From NCBI GenBank assembly GCA_001600815.1, contig BCKZ01000004.1:1019566-1083565 (forward strand): a stretch of 64,000 nt of DNA, given 5' to 3'. The notes beneath the pieces were generated by a model that was not told the origin of the DNA, did not search any database, and saw only the letters and a program-made list of their open reading frames with translations. Origin of the DNA: Alloascoidea hylecoeti. Its lineage: Eukaryota. Both the position numbers and the translations under genes were made by a program. How positions within the stretch are numbered: the first letter of the stretch is position 1; each line of letters starts with the position of its first letter. Below are positions 12,582 through 23,499 of this stretch, piece after piece.

Positions 12582-15500
12582 ATGCGCTATAGGACTGCCA
12601 AAATAAAGTGGTTGACCCTACACAACCATCCAAACGCATCCTCGTCCCCCAAAAATGCTGCTTCTGAAAACGGTTTAGTAGAGGATAAAGCCTTAGGTTT
12701 GGCGTCAGATCTGTACCATGAATTATTTCATACTTATGAAACTTTGGATTCTGACAAGTTTATTTCCATTAGGCCTCAAAGTATCGGATTATCTTCCAAT
12801 ATTGATAGGACTTTAATATTCTCAGCATTTCATGATCCCTCATTGGATCCACGTTTCATTACAATCCCTTCTTTTGTATATCCACAATCTGCAAATTTTG
12901 AAACTGTTTTATTATCAAAAGTAACTCCAACGGTTATAAGTAATGTCATTGTTGGTTTAAATGAATATCAATATTCAAAATTGAAGAACTTAGATTCTGA
13001 ACATATACAAGCACAAGACTTAATATTACCAAGGAATAAAAATTCAAAAATTATTAGAAGTGGAGAATCCATGATACTTGGAAATGCACATGCAAATGAA
13101 AATAATCATAGAAACAGAAATAACAGTGGAAATGAAAATGAAACTATACAGGTTTTAATGTGTGAACCTGTTGACCAAGGTTTATGTCTGAGAGATGTTA
13201 CAAAATTTACAATTGTTAAATTAGAAAATCAATCACTTAATGATTTTTTAAATAATCCTGATGGTTCAATTATCAATAATCAAAATGAAATTTCAAATAA
13301 TATTAATGCAGATGATAAAAATAGTAATAATAATACTACAAATGGAATTGAGAGTATAAATAAATTACAAAATGATGAACAATCATTAGATTTACAAATT
13401 GAACAATTATTAGGATTAGATGATGATTTAACTGATCCAAAAGAATCAAAATTTTTAGTTGATATTTTACCACCACCTTTTAGATTTAATCAACCAATTA
13501 AAAGAACTTCAAGTATTAATAAAAGTGGTCAAAATGGACAAAATGATGATTATGAAATGCAAGGTTTTATTAAAACTGATGATTTTGCAAAAATTGGTTG
13601 TTTTGCGGGTGATGTTGTATCAATTAAATGTATTAATGGGAAAAATAATAATCAATTACAAAAATATATTAGAGTATTTTCATTCCCTGAACCATCAAAT
13701 TTTAAACGAAATACTTTATACATTTCACCAATATTATACCATAATTTAAATCTTCCATTATCATTTTCTAAAAAAATTAAAAAATCAGCTAATAATGATC
13801 ATAATCCTAATGTTATTATTAAACCTGTGTTACCATTAGGTACAACATCATTTACAAATCTAATACCAATTGGTAAAGAGGTTACAATATCTAGAATTGC
13901 TTCTCCTGTAACAATGGATAAATCTTTACAGCCAGCTTTTTTAAATGCTTTACGATATCATTTTGAAAAATGTTTAAGAGTTGTAAGTATTGGTGATATT
14001 ATTGCATTACCAATTGATACAATTTTATCGAAAAGTATTGAGATTAATATGAATGAAAATTCAACTGATTTAAGTGAATTTGGAATTAATAAACCCGATA
14101 CAATGGCTTGGTTTATGGTTGTTTCATTACAAGCTAAAAAACTACCATCTACACAAAATGATGATGATGAAGTAAACGGTGAAAAATCTATTATTAATCA
14201 AGTAATTGTTGATCCTATGCAAACAAGAATGATTCAATCAGGTATTGTTCAAGCTAATCATATATCAAGTTTAATACCATGGCGTGAATATTTTGGATTA
14301 CCTGCTTTATTTCCATATTATTTACATCAAAATGATACTGATTTTTCTTATGCAAATAGATTAAGGAAATTATTAAAATCTGCAACAAAATCATCATCAA
14401 ATTCATCATCAAAAAAGAAAGGGAAAAAAGCAAGAAAAAATGTTTCGACATCAATTTTATTAACTTCATCAACACGTGGTACAGGGAAAACCAATGTTTT
14501 AAAATCAATTGCTTCTGAACTTGGTATTTATATATTTGAATTAGATGGTTATGAATCATTACAGGCAACAGATTTAAAAACAATTGGTTTCATAAGAGGT
14601 AAATTAGAAAAAGCAAAAGAATGTAAAAATTCAATTTTATTTATATCACATATTGAATCATTAGCAAGAAAATCTGAAACTGATGGTAAAGATGAAAATA
14701 TAAATGTTAAATTGAAAGATTTTTTAATTGAAATGGAATCAAATGGTGTTATCATAATTGCAAGTGTTTCTGATATTGATAAATGTGCTGAAACTTTAAG
14801 ATCATTTTTTAAATTTGAAATTGATGTTAATGTACCAAGTGAAATTGAAAGAAAATCAATTTTTGAATTTTTATTAAAACAATTAATTTTAAATCAAAAT
14901 GTTTTAATGGAAAATTTAACTGGTAATATTGAACTAGAAGGTATATCTGGTATTAGATCTGATGTTTCAATATCAAATTTGGCTTTACAAAGTGCTGGCT
15001 TAACTCCAAGGGATATATTAACTATTGTTTCAAATGCAAAAGGTATATCATTAGATAGATTACAATCATTGGTAGATATTATTGATTCCAAAGATTTAAA
15101 ATTAAATGATTTATTATTAGCTTATGGTGGTAACATTAAATTAATACCATCTGATTTTGAAATTGCAATTTCTGAAGCAAGAAATAAATATAGTGATTCA
15201 ATTGGTGCACCAAGAATTCCAAATGTTAAATGGGATGATGTTGGTGGTCTTGATAATGTTAAAGATGAAATTATGGATACAATTGATATGCCATTAAAAC
15301 ATCCTGAATTATTCGTTGGTGGATTAAAGAAAAGAAGTGGAATTTTGTTTTATGGTCCACCCGGTACTGGTAAAACATTATTAGCCAAAGCTATTGCAAC
15401 AAATTTTAGTCTTAATTTCTTCAGTGTTAAAGGTCCTGAATTATTAAATATGTATATCGGTGAATCAGAAGCTAATGTTAGAAAAGTTTTCCAAAAGGCC

Positions 15501-16490
15501 AGAGATTCAAAACCATGTGTTGTATTTTTTGATGAATTGGATTCAGTCGCTCCAAAAAGAGGTAATCAAGGTGATTCTGGTGGTGTAATGGACAGAATTG
15601 TTAGTCAGTTGCTTGCTGAGTTGGATGGTATGTCTGGTGGCGCGAATGGTGAAGGAGTTTTCGTTGTTGGTGCAACAAATCGACCTGATTTATTAGATGA
15701 AGCTTTATTACGTCCTGGTCGTTTTGATAAAATGGTTTATTTGGGTGTTTCTGATACTCATCAAAAACAATATAAAATTTTACAAGCACTAACAAGGAAA
15801 TTTGCACTAAGCCCAAATGTTTCTTTAATGAATGTTGCAAATAAATGTCCTTTTACTTTTACAGGTGCTGATTTTTATGCTTTATGTTCAGATTCAATGT
15901 TAAATGCAATGACAAGAGCCGCAAATGCAATTGATGTTAAAATTAATTCATTCAATGATAAAAGAAAATCAATGAATGAATTACCTGTTACAACTCAATG
16001 GTGGTTTGAAAATATAGCTGAACCTGATGATTTAAAAGTTTTGGTAACTGAAGAAGATTTCGCAAGATCACAAAGAGAACTTGTTCCTTCTGTTTCTAAA
16101 GACGAATTAGATCATTATTTAAGAGTAAGACAGAATTTTGAAGGTGGGAAAGAAGCTGCTCAAAAGAAAGTTCAGCAACCTTTAAATGGTAATGAAACTT
16201 TTGTGCCAAATGGTATCATAATAGGAAATGGAAATAGCAATGGAAATGTAAATGGAAATGTAAATGAAATATCTCAACCGTCATTGAGCCAAGTTGTTAA
16301 ACAAGCAGAAGATGATGGGCCCCCATCAAGTGACTCATCATGGAGCCAAGATTATGAAGACGACGGTATTCCATCATTTGGAAATGGAAAGGCTAAAGTG
16401 ATTGAAGAAATTCCGGAAGGAACAGTTATCGAAGAAAATGATATACCAGGAACAGTATTTACGGGAAAAGGAAAAGGAAAAGCCAATTAA
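12582..16490 (+). CDS. PEX6: Peroxisomal AAA+ ATPase Pex6
   Basis: SIGAPRIPNVKWDDVGGL, GILFYGPPGTGKTLLAKA, NQGDSGGVMDRIVSQLLAELDG; degenerate first AAA domain. Confidence 0.96.
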   Translation: MRYRTAKIKWLTLHNHPNASSSPKNAASENGLVEDKALGLASDLYHELFHTYETLDSDKFISIRPQSIGLSSNIDRTLIFSAFHDPSLDPRFITIPSFVYPQSANFETVLLSKVTPTVISNVIVGLNEYQYSKLKNLDSEHIQAQDLILPRNKNSKIIRSGESMILGNAHANENNHRNRNNSGNENETIQVLMCEPVDQGLCLRDVTKFTIVKLENQSLNDFLNNPDGSIINNQNEISNNINADDKNSNNNTTNGIESINKLQNDEQSLDLQIEQLLGLDDDLTDPKESKFLVDILPPPFRFNQPIKRTSSINKSGQNGQNDDYEMQGFIKTDDFAKIGCFAGDVVSIKCINGKNNNQLQKYIRVFSFPEPSNFKRNTLYISPILYHNLNLPLSFSKKIKKSANNDHNPNVIIKPVLPLGTTSFTNLIPIGKEVTISRIASPVTMDKSLQPAFLNALRYHFEKCLRVVSIGDIIALPIDTILSKSIEINMNENSTDLSEFGINKPDTMAWFMVVSLQAKKLPSTQNDDDEVNGEKSIINQVIVDPMQTRMIQSGIVQANHISSLIPWREYFGLPALFPYYLHQNDTDFSYANRLRKLLKSATKSSSNSSSKKKGKKARKNVSTSILLTSSTRGTGKTNVLKSIASELGIYIFELDGYESLQATDLKTIGFIRGKLEKAKECKNSILFISHIESLARKSETDGKDENINVKLKDFLIEMESNGVIIIASVSDIDKCAETLRSFFKFEIDVNVPSEIERKSIFEFLLKQLILNQNVLMENLTGNIELEGISGIRSDVSISNLALQSAGLTPRDILTIVSNAKGISLDRLQSLVDIIDSKDLKLNDLLLAYGGNIKLIPSDFEIAISEARNKYSDSIGAPRIPNVKWDDVGGLDNVKDEIMDTIDMPLKHPELFVGGLKKRSGILFYGPPGTGKTLLAKAIATNFSLNFFSVKGPELLNMYIGESEANVRKVFQKARDSKPCVVFFDELDSVAPKRGNQGDSGGVMDRIVSQLLAELDGMSGGANGEGVFVVGATNRPDLLDEALLRPGRFDKMVYLGVSDTHQKQYKILQALTRKFALSPNVSLMNVANKCPFTFTGADFYALCSDSMLNAMTRAANAIDVKINSFNDKRKSMNELPVTTQWWFENIAEPDDLKVLVTEEDFARSQRELVPSVSKDELDHYLRVRQNFEGGKEAAQKKVQQPLNGNETFVPNGIIIGNGNSNGNVNGNVNEISQPSLSQVVKQAEDDGPPSSDSSWSQDYEDDGIPSFGNGKAKVIEEIPEGTVIEENDIPGTVFTGKGKGKAN

Positions 16491-16605
16491 TCATCTCATC
16501 TATATACATATATATCATAAATAGTTCAAACCATAGCATATATTATCCCGTTCATAAATTACCACTAATTCAAAAGTATTTGATTTACTGTTTTTGACGT
16601 TGTGG

Positions 16606-17100
16606 TTATGCCTTGAATATTGTAATGGAGCTCCATGTTGCATTTTGAGCAGTTTCCCATGATCTATCATCAATTTCTACTTGTATTCCTAAGGTAATAT
16701 TATCAACTTTCACCTTATCCCATCTTAACCAAATATCATATTTATTATTAATACCACCTCCTTTTTCATCAGGTTCACCAAAGTTTTCCACTAACTCTTT
16801 ACTTGTAGTTTTAAGCTTCAAATTTCCGGGAAGCATTGTTTCAGAAACTGTCGTATATCTTTTTTGGATCATTGAATTTGGAATATTTTTATAAAGATCA
16901 AAACTATCAAGTATTAGAGATTTATTTGAATTCGATTCTGTTATAAAAGTTAAAGAGATTCCTTTATCATAGATATTATAACAAACATGACTCTTAAATT
17001 TTTTCTTGTCTGCTTTGGCCAAATCGACCCCTATAGAAATGAGATATTTATTTAAACTTATATCATTTTCGTTTTTCCCTAAGTACGATTGTAATATCAT
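16606..17100 (-). CDS. Uncharacterised protein, ~164 aa
   Basis: ATG-initiated ORF with globular-like composition (FGEPDEKGGG...DIWLRW) filling the PEX6-SRP68 gap. Confidence 0.7.
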   Translation of the reverse strand: MILQSYLGKNENDISLNKYLISIGVDLAKADKKKFKSHVCYNIYDKGISLTFITESNSNKSLILDSFDLYKNIPNSMIQKRYTTVSETMLPGNLKLKTTSKELVENFGEPDEKGGGINNKYDIWLRWDKVKVDNITLGIQVEIDDRSWETAQNATWSSITIFKA

Positions 17101-17220
17101 TTTGGTACTATTTTTTATAGATAATTGAAGAAGATTGGGTGGGTGGATGTTGGTGTCTGATTTTCTCACCCATTATTTTATTTGGACAAGTGGAACACTA
17201 CACAGTTATTACAATTTATC

Positions 17221-19071
17221 ATGGATTCCCCTTTGAAAACAACTCTTGGACATAGAAATACAGCATTGCTGGAATCGGCAGATGACTTCCATCATTATCG
17301 TCGACATTTGACTAATAGAATTGTTAAACTTCGTCATGATTTGAAAATTCAAACCAAGAATACTAAAAATTATCAAAAAAGTCAAGAATTGATCTCGAAG
17401 AAATTTTTCTTGGATTCAGAACAAAACGATAAAAATTCAAATTCAAAAGATGATGATATTTCTATGGGTTCAGATAATAATAATTCATCATCTAGTTTTC
17501 TTGATTCAGATAAATTTCAAAAGTTTTCATTATTATTGTTATTAACAGCTGAAAGAGATTGGGTTCATGGTCTTGAAACTAAATTCATTTTAAATGTTAA
17601 AGGATCAAAAAGAAGAGAAAAATATTTGGATGCAAAATATAAAAAATCATTGAAATCAATTCAAACATTAGTTAAATTTATTGAAACTACTAATACAAAC
17701 CCAGTTTTATCACAAAGTTCAAAATTGGAAATTTATGCTTATCAAGCGTTAGTTATTGGTTATTTAAAAACAGGAGTAAGAAATTGGAAAGCTGCAACTG
17801 AAGCCTTTTCAAATGCTATCATTATCTTAGCTTACTTGAATAGAATTAACCCATCTTCGACTGAATTATATAAAGAAATTGATAAGTCTATTGAACCAGT
17901 ATTAACTGTTGCAGCCTTTAACCAATTCTCTACGTTTTCAAGTGATTTATTTGGTATTGGTGCTAAAGGATATAATCCTTCTAATCCCGCTATTATTTCC
18001 ATTCTAGCCGAAGATCCTGATTTCATTAAAACAAGAGGGCGTGGAATTGCAGGTTCAGAGGAAGAAATTGAAACAGAAATTACTTGGAGAGATCATCATG
18101 CTCAGTTATATGATGATGGTGTAGCCAGATTATTAGCTCGGGCCAAAACAGCACAGAAAGAATTAACAGACAAATTGGAAAACCCAAGTAGTGAGGAATC
18201 AAAGGAAACGTGGTTTGATCCTGTTATTGAAATATGGTCGGATGCTTTAGAAGCTCATAAGAAAGAAATGGAACAAAGTGCAGAAACTATTGATCAAAAT
18301 GATGATTCTGAACAACATAGACAAATTGTTTTATCATTTATAAAATATCATATGCTTTTTGTAACTATTCAAAGAGCACAGGTATTGATCAATAGTAATT
18401 TAATTGATGAAAAGAAAACGAAATCTTCAAATTCTAAAAAAATTGAGAAGAATAAAGATATTATTAGATTACAAGAATCCATCTCAGCTACACTTGAACA
18501 AATTAATGACTTACCTGGTGTTTATTCAGACGATGATTTATTTTCTTCTTTAAATACATTTGCTCTTTATAGTAGAATCAGACGAATACTGACAATTGTT
18601 GATAGTTATACTATTTCAACCGATGTCACTGATGCTACTGTCAAATCATTAGCTCTTGCAAACAAAGCAAATGAATTATCAAAAGACCTTGGTGAAATAA
18701 AAGTTGTATTTCCTGGAGATATTATAACTACTAAGGATGTAAATTCTTTGAAATCCGAAACCAGGACTTTAACAGAGAAACTACATTTATTAGCCCATGT
18801 TGAAAAAAGTAAACCTACAAATAAGAGTGCTATAATTGGAAATGATATTAGTATATACCCAACTGGAACCCCTGATGAAATTCTGAATAACATTATACCT
18901 TTAACACCAAAAGTTGAGCCTGTTTCTGTTAAACCTGTTTTGTTTGATATTGGATTTAATTACATTACTTATGATGGTCCAGTAAGTGATAGTCTTGATG
19001 AAATTAAACACGAAGAAGAAAAACAAAATGAAAAGAAGAAGGGTTTCTTTGGAAGTATATTTGGCCGTTAG
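17221..19071 (+). CDS. SRP68: Signal recognition particle subunit Srp68
   Basis: N-terminal DFHHYRRHLTNRIVKLR, LLLLTAERDW, C-terminal KPVLFDIGFNYITY...KKGFFGSIFGR. First ATG at 17221. Confidence 0.9.
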   Translation: MDSPLKTTLGHRNTALLESADDFHHYRRHLTNRIVKLRHDLKIQTKNTKNYQKSQELISKKFFLDSEQNDKNSNSKDDDISMGSDNNNSSSSFLDSDKFQKFSLLLLLTAERDWVHGLETKFILNVKGSKRREKYLDAKYKKSLKSIQTLVKFIETTNTNPVLSQSSKLEIYAYQALVIGYLKTGVRNWKAATEAFSNAIIILAYLNRINPSSTELYKEIDKSIEPVLTVAAFNQFSTFSSDLFGIGAKGYNPSNPAIISILAEDPDFIKTRGRGIAGSEEEIETEITWRDHHAQLYDDGVARLLARAKTAQKELTDKLENPSSEESKETWFDPVIEIWSDALEAHKKEMEQSAETIDQNDDSEQHRQIVLSFIKYHMLFVTIQRAQVLINSNLIDEKKTKSSNSKKIEKNKDIIRLQESISATLEQINDLPGVYSDDDLFSSLNTFALYSRIRRILTIVDSYTISTDVTDATVKSLALANKANELSKDLGEIKVVFPGDIITTKDVNSLKSETRTLTEKLHLLAHVEKSKPTNKSAIIGNDISIYPTGTPDEILNNIIPLTPKVEPVSVKPVLFDIGFNYITYDGPVSDSLDEIKHEEEKQNEKKKGFFGSIFGR

Positions 19072-19267
19072 ATATTTTATATAATATAAAAAGTTTAATA
19101 TTTTTCAATGTATTTATAAAAATAATTAATTAAGCTAAGCTCACGTGCTTGATCACAACCACCTCATATAAGCTTACATTATCAGTATAATCGATAGCTC
19201 ATAGCTTTATAATACGTTCCTATTTTTGCAGCTGTTTTAACTTATTTATCATTAATAAATATTCAGA

Positions 19268-20920
19268 ATGTCTTCAGCCATTCCCGGTCAATTTCCAGAT
19301 TTATTAAAGAGTAATCATGAAGAATCCACATCATCCATCCTTAACGATCCGGAGAAACAATGCTGGATATGTCTAGGGACAGATTCAGAACCACCACCTT
19401 TAAACAACCCCAAAGGTCATGAATGGATACATCCGTGTAGATGTTCTTTATTAGCACATAGAACGTGCCTGTTAGAATGGATCAATGAACTGGAGAAAAA
19501 CAACGGGAACGAAACCGATAATGTTATAGTAGCCAATGATGAAATCAATCATTCAACTCAAGGAAAAGGTCCTTTCTTTATCAAAAAGGATGAAAACACA
19601 TTTATCTATTCAGGAATAACATGTCCTCAATGCAGTCAGCCTATTTATATCACTATAGCTCGAAGTAAAGTATTAACAACAAGGAAAAAGATAGAAAATA
19701 CTATTTTAACATCGAGTTTCTCTATTCTGATGTCTACTCTTGCCACAGGTACTATCACAGTCGTTTACTTCATACTAATGGGTGCTGGTGCCAGTGTGAC
19801 TGGAGTTATGTGTTCTCAAGATACTTTTCTACATGTTATGGGGATTAGAAGAAGAGCTTATATTTTTGATACTTATCCTTCAACTATTTCCTATGATATC
19901 TTACCACCGAGTTCCCCACAAGCTATTCGAAGAGGTTTACTCATTACATGGATCCCCTTTTATTTATTAACAATCAGAAGACCTTTGGGGTTTAATTTTT
20001 CTAATATAACAACATTTATTTGTCCTTTAATGTTATATGATCGTCATGATTTATCACCAAAAAGAATCTGGAGACTTGGAGGGCCTCGTTTACTTTGTGT
20101 TGCAGTTCCTTTCTTGAGATTGGGATATAAAGTCTGGTATAATTTTGTAGTCAATTATTTTTACTATAAATTGGCTGTGACTGTAAGACCACATCTTCTT
20201 GAGAACGATATCGAGAACAATAGTAATGCTGGTGCAGTTCTTAACGATGGTGAAATAGTTGAAGTCAATCAGCAACCATCACTCGTTCAACGCTTATATA
20301 ATAACACAAAGAATTTATTAGGTCGATTGTTTACTATAAATCATGGTAGTTTTGCAATACTTCCAAGAACTTATTTTTCAAAATTGATTCATAAAGATTA
20401 TTCTGATTATTTTTATAATTCTACTATTCTTTTCAATTTGGCAAGTACTTGGATTTGGCCCTATGTTGGTTCAATAATTGGAAGAGCTATATTACCACAT
20501 ATTAAAATTCCCAGTATTCTATTAAAAAATCCAACATTTAACAGTTTTAGGAGGAGAATTTATTCTAATTATGATAGAGATTTTACGTTTACGAGAAATA
20601 TTATTGGTTGTTGTTTAGTAGTATTACTAAAAGATGTAGTTAATGTTTATACTGCCTATAAGAAAGTTGAACAGATTAAAAGAAGACAAATATTGAAATA
20701 CAAATCCGAAGATTGGGAAGTTGTGGATGATATTTCAAAAAATTATCATAAACGATTGAACAATGCTAACCCCATTAATAATAATATTGGTGATAATATT
20801 AATAATGATAATAATGATAATAATGATAATAATAATAATAATGATGGGTTTGATAATATCAATGATGATGGTATGAGGAATATTCGATTTGGTAATCTCA
20901 ATATACGTCTAAATTTTTAA
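19268..20920 (+). CDS. RING-CH (RINGv) membrane E3 ubiquitin ligase, MARCH5-like
   Basis: CWIC...WIHPCRCSLLAHRTCLLEWI...CPQC followed by several hydrophobic segments. Confidence 0.8.
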   Translation: MSSAIPGQFPDLLKSNHEESTSSILNDPEKQCWICLGTDSEPPPLNNPKGHEWIHPCRCSLLAHRTCLLEWINELEKNNGNETDNVIVANDEINHSTQGKGPFFIKKDENTFIYSGITCPQCSQPIYITIARSKVLTTRKKIENTILTSSFSILMSTLATGTITVVYFILMGAGASVTGVMCSQDTFLHVMGIRRRAYIFDTYPSTISYDILPPSSPQAIRRGLLITWIPFYLLTIRRPLGFNFSNITTFICPLMLYDRHDLSPKRIWRLGGPRLLCVAVPFLRLGYKVWYNFVVNYFYYKLAVTVRPHLLENDIENNSNAGAVLNDGEIVEVNQQPSLVQRLYNNTKNLLGRLFTINHGSFAILPRTYFSKLIHKDYSDYFYNSTILFNLASTWIWPYVGSIIGRAILPHIKIPSILLKNPTFNSFRRRIYSNYDRDFTFTRNIIGCCLVVLLKDVVNVYTAYKKVEQIKRRQILKYKSEDWEVVDDISKNYHKRLNNANPINNNIGDNINNDNNDNNDNNNNNDGFDNINDDGMRNIRFGNLNIRLNF

Positions 20921-21251
20921 AAGTTTAAGAATATCATGATCATTATAAATAGATATAGGTATATAAGCTACTATGTAATTAGTTAAACTCGATTGTATTC
21001 AGTTAAATAAACTAGAAATAAAAAGAATAACAATAGAAAGATAGCTCACATTAGAAAGGACCTCCTCTCGACTGCACATCCCGACAATAATTATATAAGT
21101 ACGATTAAATAAATGTGATAAAAAAAATATAGCGGTATTCCTCAATATTGCGAACTACATATATCATCACGGATATTAGCGCAAGAAAAATCACCGGTAA
21201 TCTAGCTGAATTAGCTACGAATTCTTGTGTAGAAATTCCTGTCTTATAACT

Positions 21252-21470
21252 GATATCTCTGAGATTTTGTGGAGTTAATTACAGGGTAGTTTCGAAAGGT
21301 TTGATCATCACCACAAAAGTCATACACCCCTTATAACCTTATTACTAAAACAATAACATTTTTTTTTTGATTTGTTCTCTATTCGCCTATATCCTAGTAA
21401 TTTAGCTCGGTGATATATTGTGATCATAGTTCGTTTTGTTTTATATACATGTATATGGTTAGTAATAAAA
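21252..21470 (+). repeat. Diverged direct repeat, copy 1 (copy 2 at 29061-29290)
   Basis: 30-bp identity GATATCTCTGAGATTTTGTGGAGTTAATTA, then collinear blocks TTTGTTCTxTATTCG, TAGTTCGTTTTGTTTTAT, TTAGTAATAAAA. Confidence 0.8.
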
Positions 21471-22045
21471 GTGAGGAAATATAAATAAATAAAAATAATT
21501 CATATTGATACAATTCAAGTTTCTTTATTTATATTAAGTAGTCTAGTTCATTGAGAAGGTAAACTCGACATAAAGTTTGTTTGGCTTTTCTCAAATGTTG
21601 GACTTACTTAAATATCTAACTAAAGTTCGGAAAAAGTTCAAGAATTTCTGTATCATTCATCATTATTAACCTTTTATGGTTGATTTTGGACTCTAATCGA
21701 AGTACCCGATTTCCGTTCCCAAGAATTCACGATTACTTAGTATCATCATCATCTTAGCGCGTCTGTTACCCTAACACAGACTTACTGAAATGAAATATGG
21801 CTGGCAAAATAATTTTCAAAAACTTCATCATCTTTTTGTCTATAGACTAGGGTGAATTTCTAGACATCCATTTGGTGAACCTGAAGTTGGAAGAACATGA
21901 TCAAAATATTCACCATAAGCAGCAGCTTCTTGAATAGGCAAGTCTTTAAAATCTTGATCTCCGAAAACAACACCTGTAACTACAGTTCCAAATTTTGGCC
22001 AATCATTATTATAAGCAACTACACTTCTTGGAAGTAAATTAGATA

Positions 22046-23198
22046 TGTTAAAGTTCAAAGTGCCTGTTCTCCCAGTTGCGCCATAATTTCTCTTGACTAA
22101 ATGAAGCTAACTTTCTCATATAAAAATATGGAGTCTGATTAAAAGATTTAGTTGCTAGGAGAAACCTGGGTACATCAATTCCCTCGACTTTATTCAAGCT
22201 ATGACTATAGTCGCCTCGTGTCATGATCATGAAGAATTGAAAGTAAAATGCATCAGTGCAATCGTTGATATTCTGACGACGAACATTATTCAGCTCGCAA
22301 ACTGAGATTTTTACCCTGCGCATTGCACTAAGAGTCAAATTTACAAAGAGTATCGAATCAATTAAAGAAGAACCTCGAATCATATGATATTCAGGTCTAC
22401 TGAAATCTACTAAGTCAGCATTTGATGATGCATCTAAGTCAATCCGTCCATTCTTTAATTCAATATCTTCAGACAAAATTCTCTTGTACAAGACATTGTT
22501 TTCACCATCCTCTAACGCTATATTCAANTCTNNCNGTCNNNNNGNATNNNNNNTANTNTNTNTCNNANTNNNNNTNNNNANNNTNNNNNNTNNANCATNN
22601 NNNNTNANNNNNANNNNNNNTNANNNNNNNTNNNNNTNANNNNNNATGNTNNANNNNNNANNNTNNNNANNNNNANTNNGANANANANTANNNNNNATNC
22701 NNNNNGACNGNNAGANTTGAATATAGCGTTAGAGGATGGTGAAAACAATGTCTTGTACAAGAGAATTTTGTCTGAAGATATTGAATTAAAGAATGGACGG
22801 ATTGACTTAGATGCATCATCAAATGCTGACTTAGTAGATTTCAGTAGACCTGAATATCATATGATTCGAGGTTCTTCTTTAATTGATTCGATACTCTTTG
22901 TAAATTTGACTCTTAGTGCAATGCGCAGGGTAAAAATCTCAGTTTGCAAGCTGAATAATGTTCGTCGTCAGAATATCAACGATTGCACTGATGCATTTTA
23001 CTTTCAATTCTTCATGATCATGACACGAGGCGACTATAGTCATAGCTTGAATAAAGTCGAGGGAATTGATGTACCCAGGTTTCTCCTAGCAACTAAATCT
23101 TTTAATCAGACTCCATATTTTTATATGAGAAAGTTAGCTTCATTTAGTCAAGAGAAATTATGGCGCAACTGGGAGAACAGGCACTTTGAACTTTAACA
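22046..23198. repeat. Long inverted repeat: arms 22046-22527 and 22717-23198 (482 bp), 189-bp N-masked loop
   Basis: Arms are reverse complements with one visible mismatch (22296 vs 22948; E/K in the mirrored 159-aa ORFs). Confidence 0.9.
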
Positions 23199-23499
23199 TG
23201 GTAGCGGCGCCGCCACGAGAGGCATCAGGTTCGAGTCCGCCGTAGGACAGTAGTTTACATCAGTCTAATTGAGGCTTACTAGGGTAACGCGTAAATGGCC
23301 CGAAAGTAAAATGTCCGAGTCAGTCTGCAAGAAGTCCGAAACCCGAAAAATCACGGGGGTGAGCAGATATGGCGATTAGTAAAGTGACCTGCCTAAGGTT
23401 GGGGGGTGTGTTGGATATATTACACTCTTGGAACAGTTCACTAAAGAGTCGATTGGCTTTTTGGCGCAACTGGGAGAACAGGCACTTTGAAATTTAACA
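22046..23499 (+). mobile_element. Non-autonomous miniature LTR element with an inverted-repeat cargo; 5-bp TSD AGATA
   Basis: AGATA at 22041-22045 and 23500-23504; TG...CA termini; PBS TGGTAGCGGCG at 23199; PPT GGGGGGTG 23401-23408; LTR TGTT...AACA 23409-23499; last 38 bp of LTR repeated at 23161-23198 and inverted at 22046-22083. Confidence 0.85.

Noticed and set aside
23199..23250. tRNA gene (contains GGTTCGAGTCC)
   Set aside because: No acceptor stem or cloverleaf can be formed; better explained as a primer-binding region.
22046..23499. Ginger/TDD-type DNA transposon or MITE with 38-bp TIRs and 5-bp TSD
   Set aside because: The 38-bp unit also occurs internally directly before a PBS, and the right copy is the end of a PPT-preceded LTR, which favours retroelement origin.
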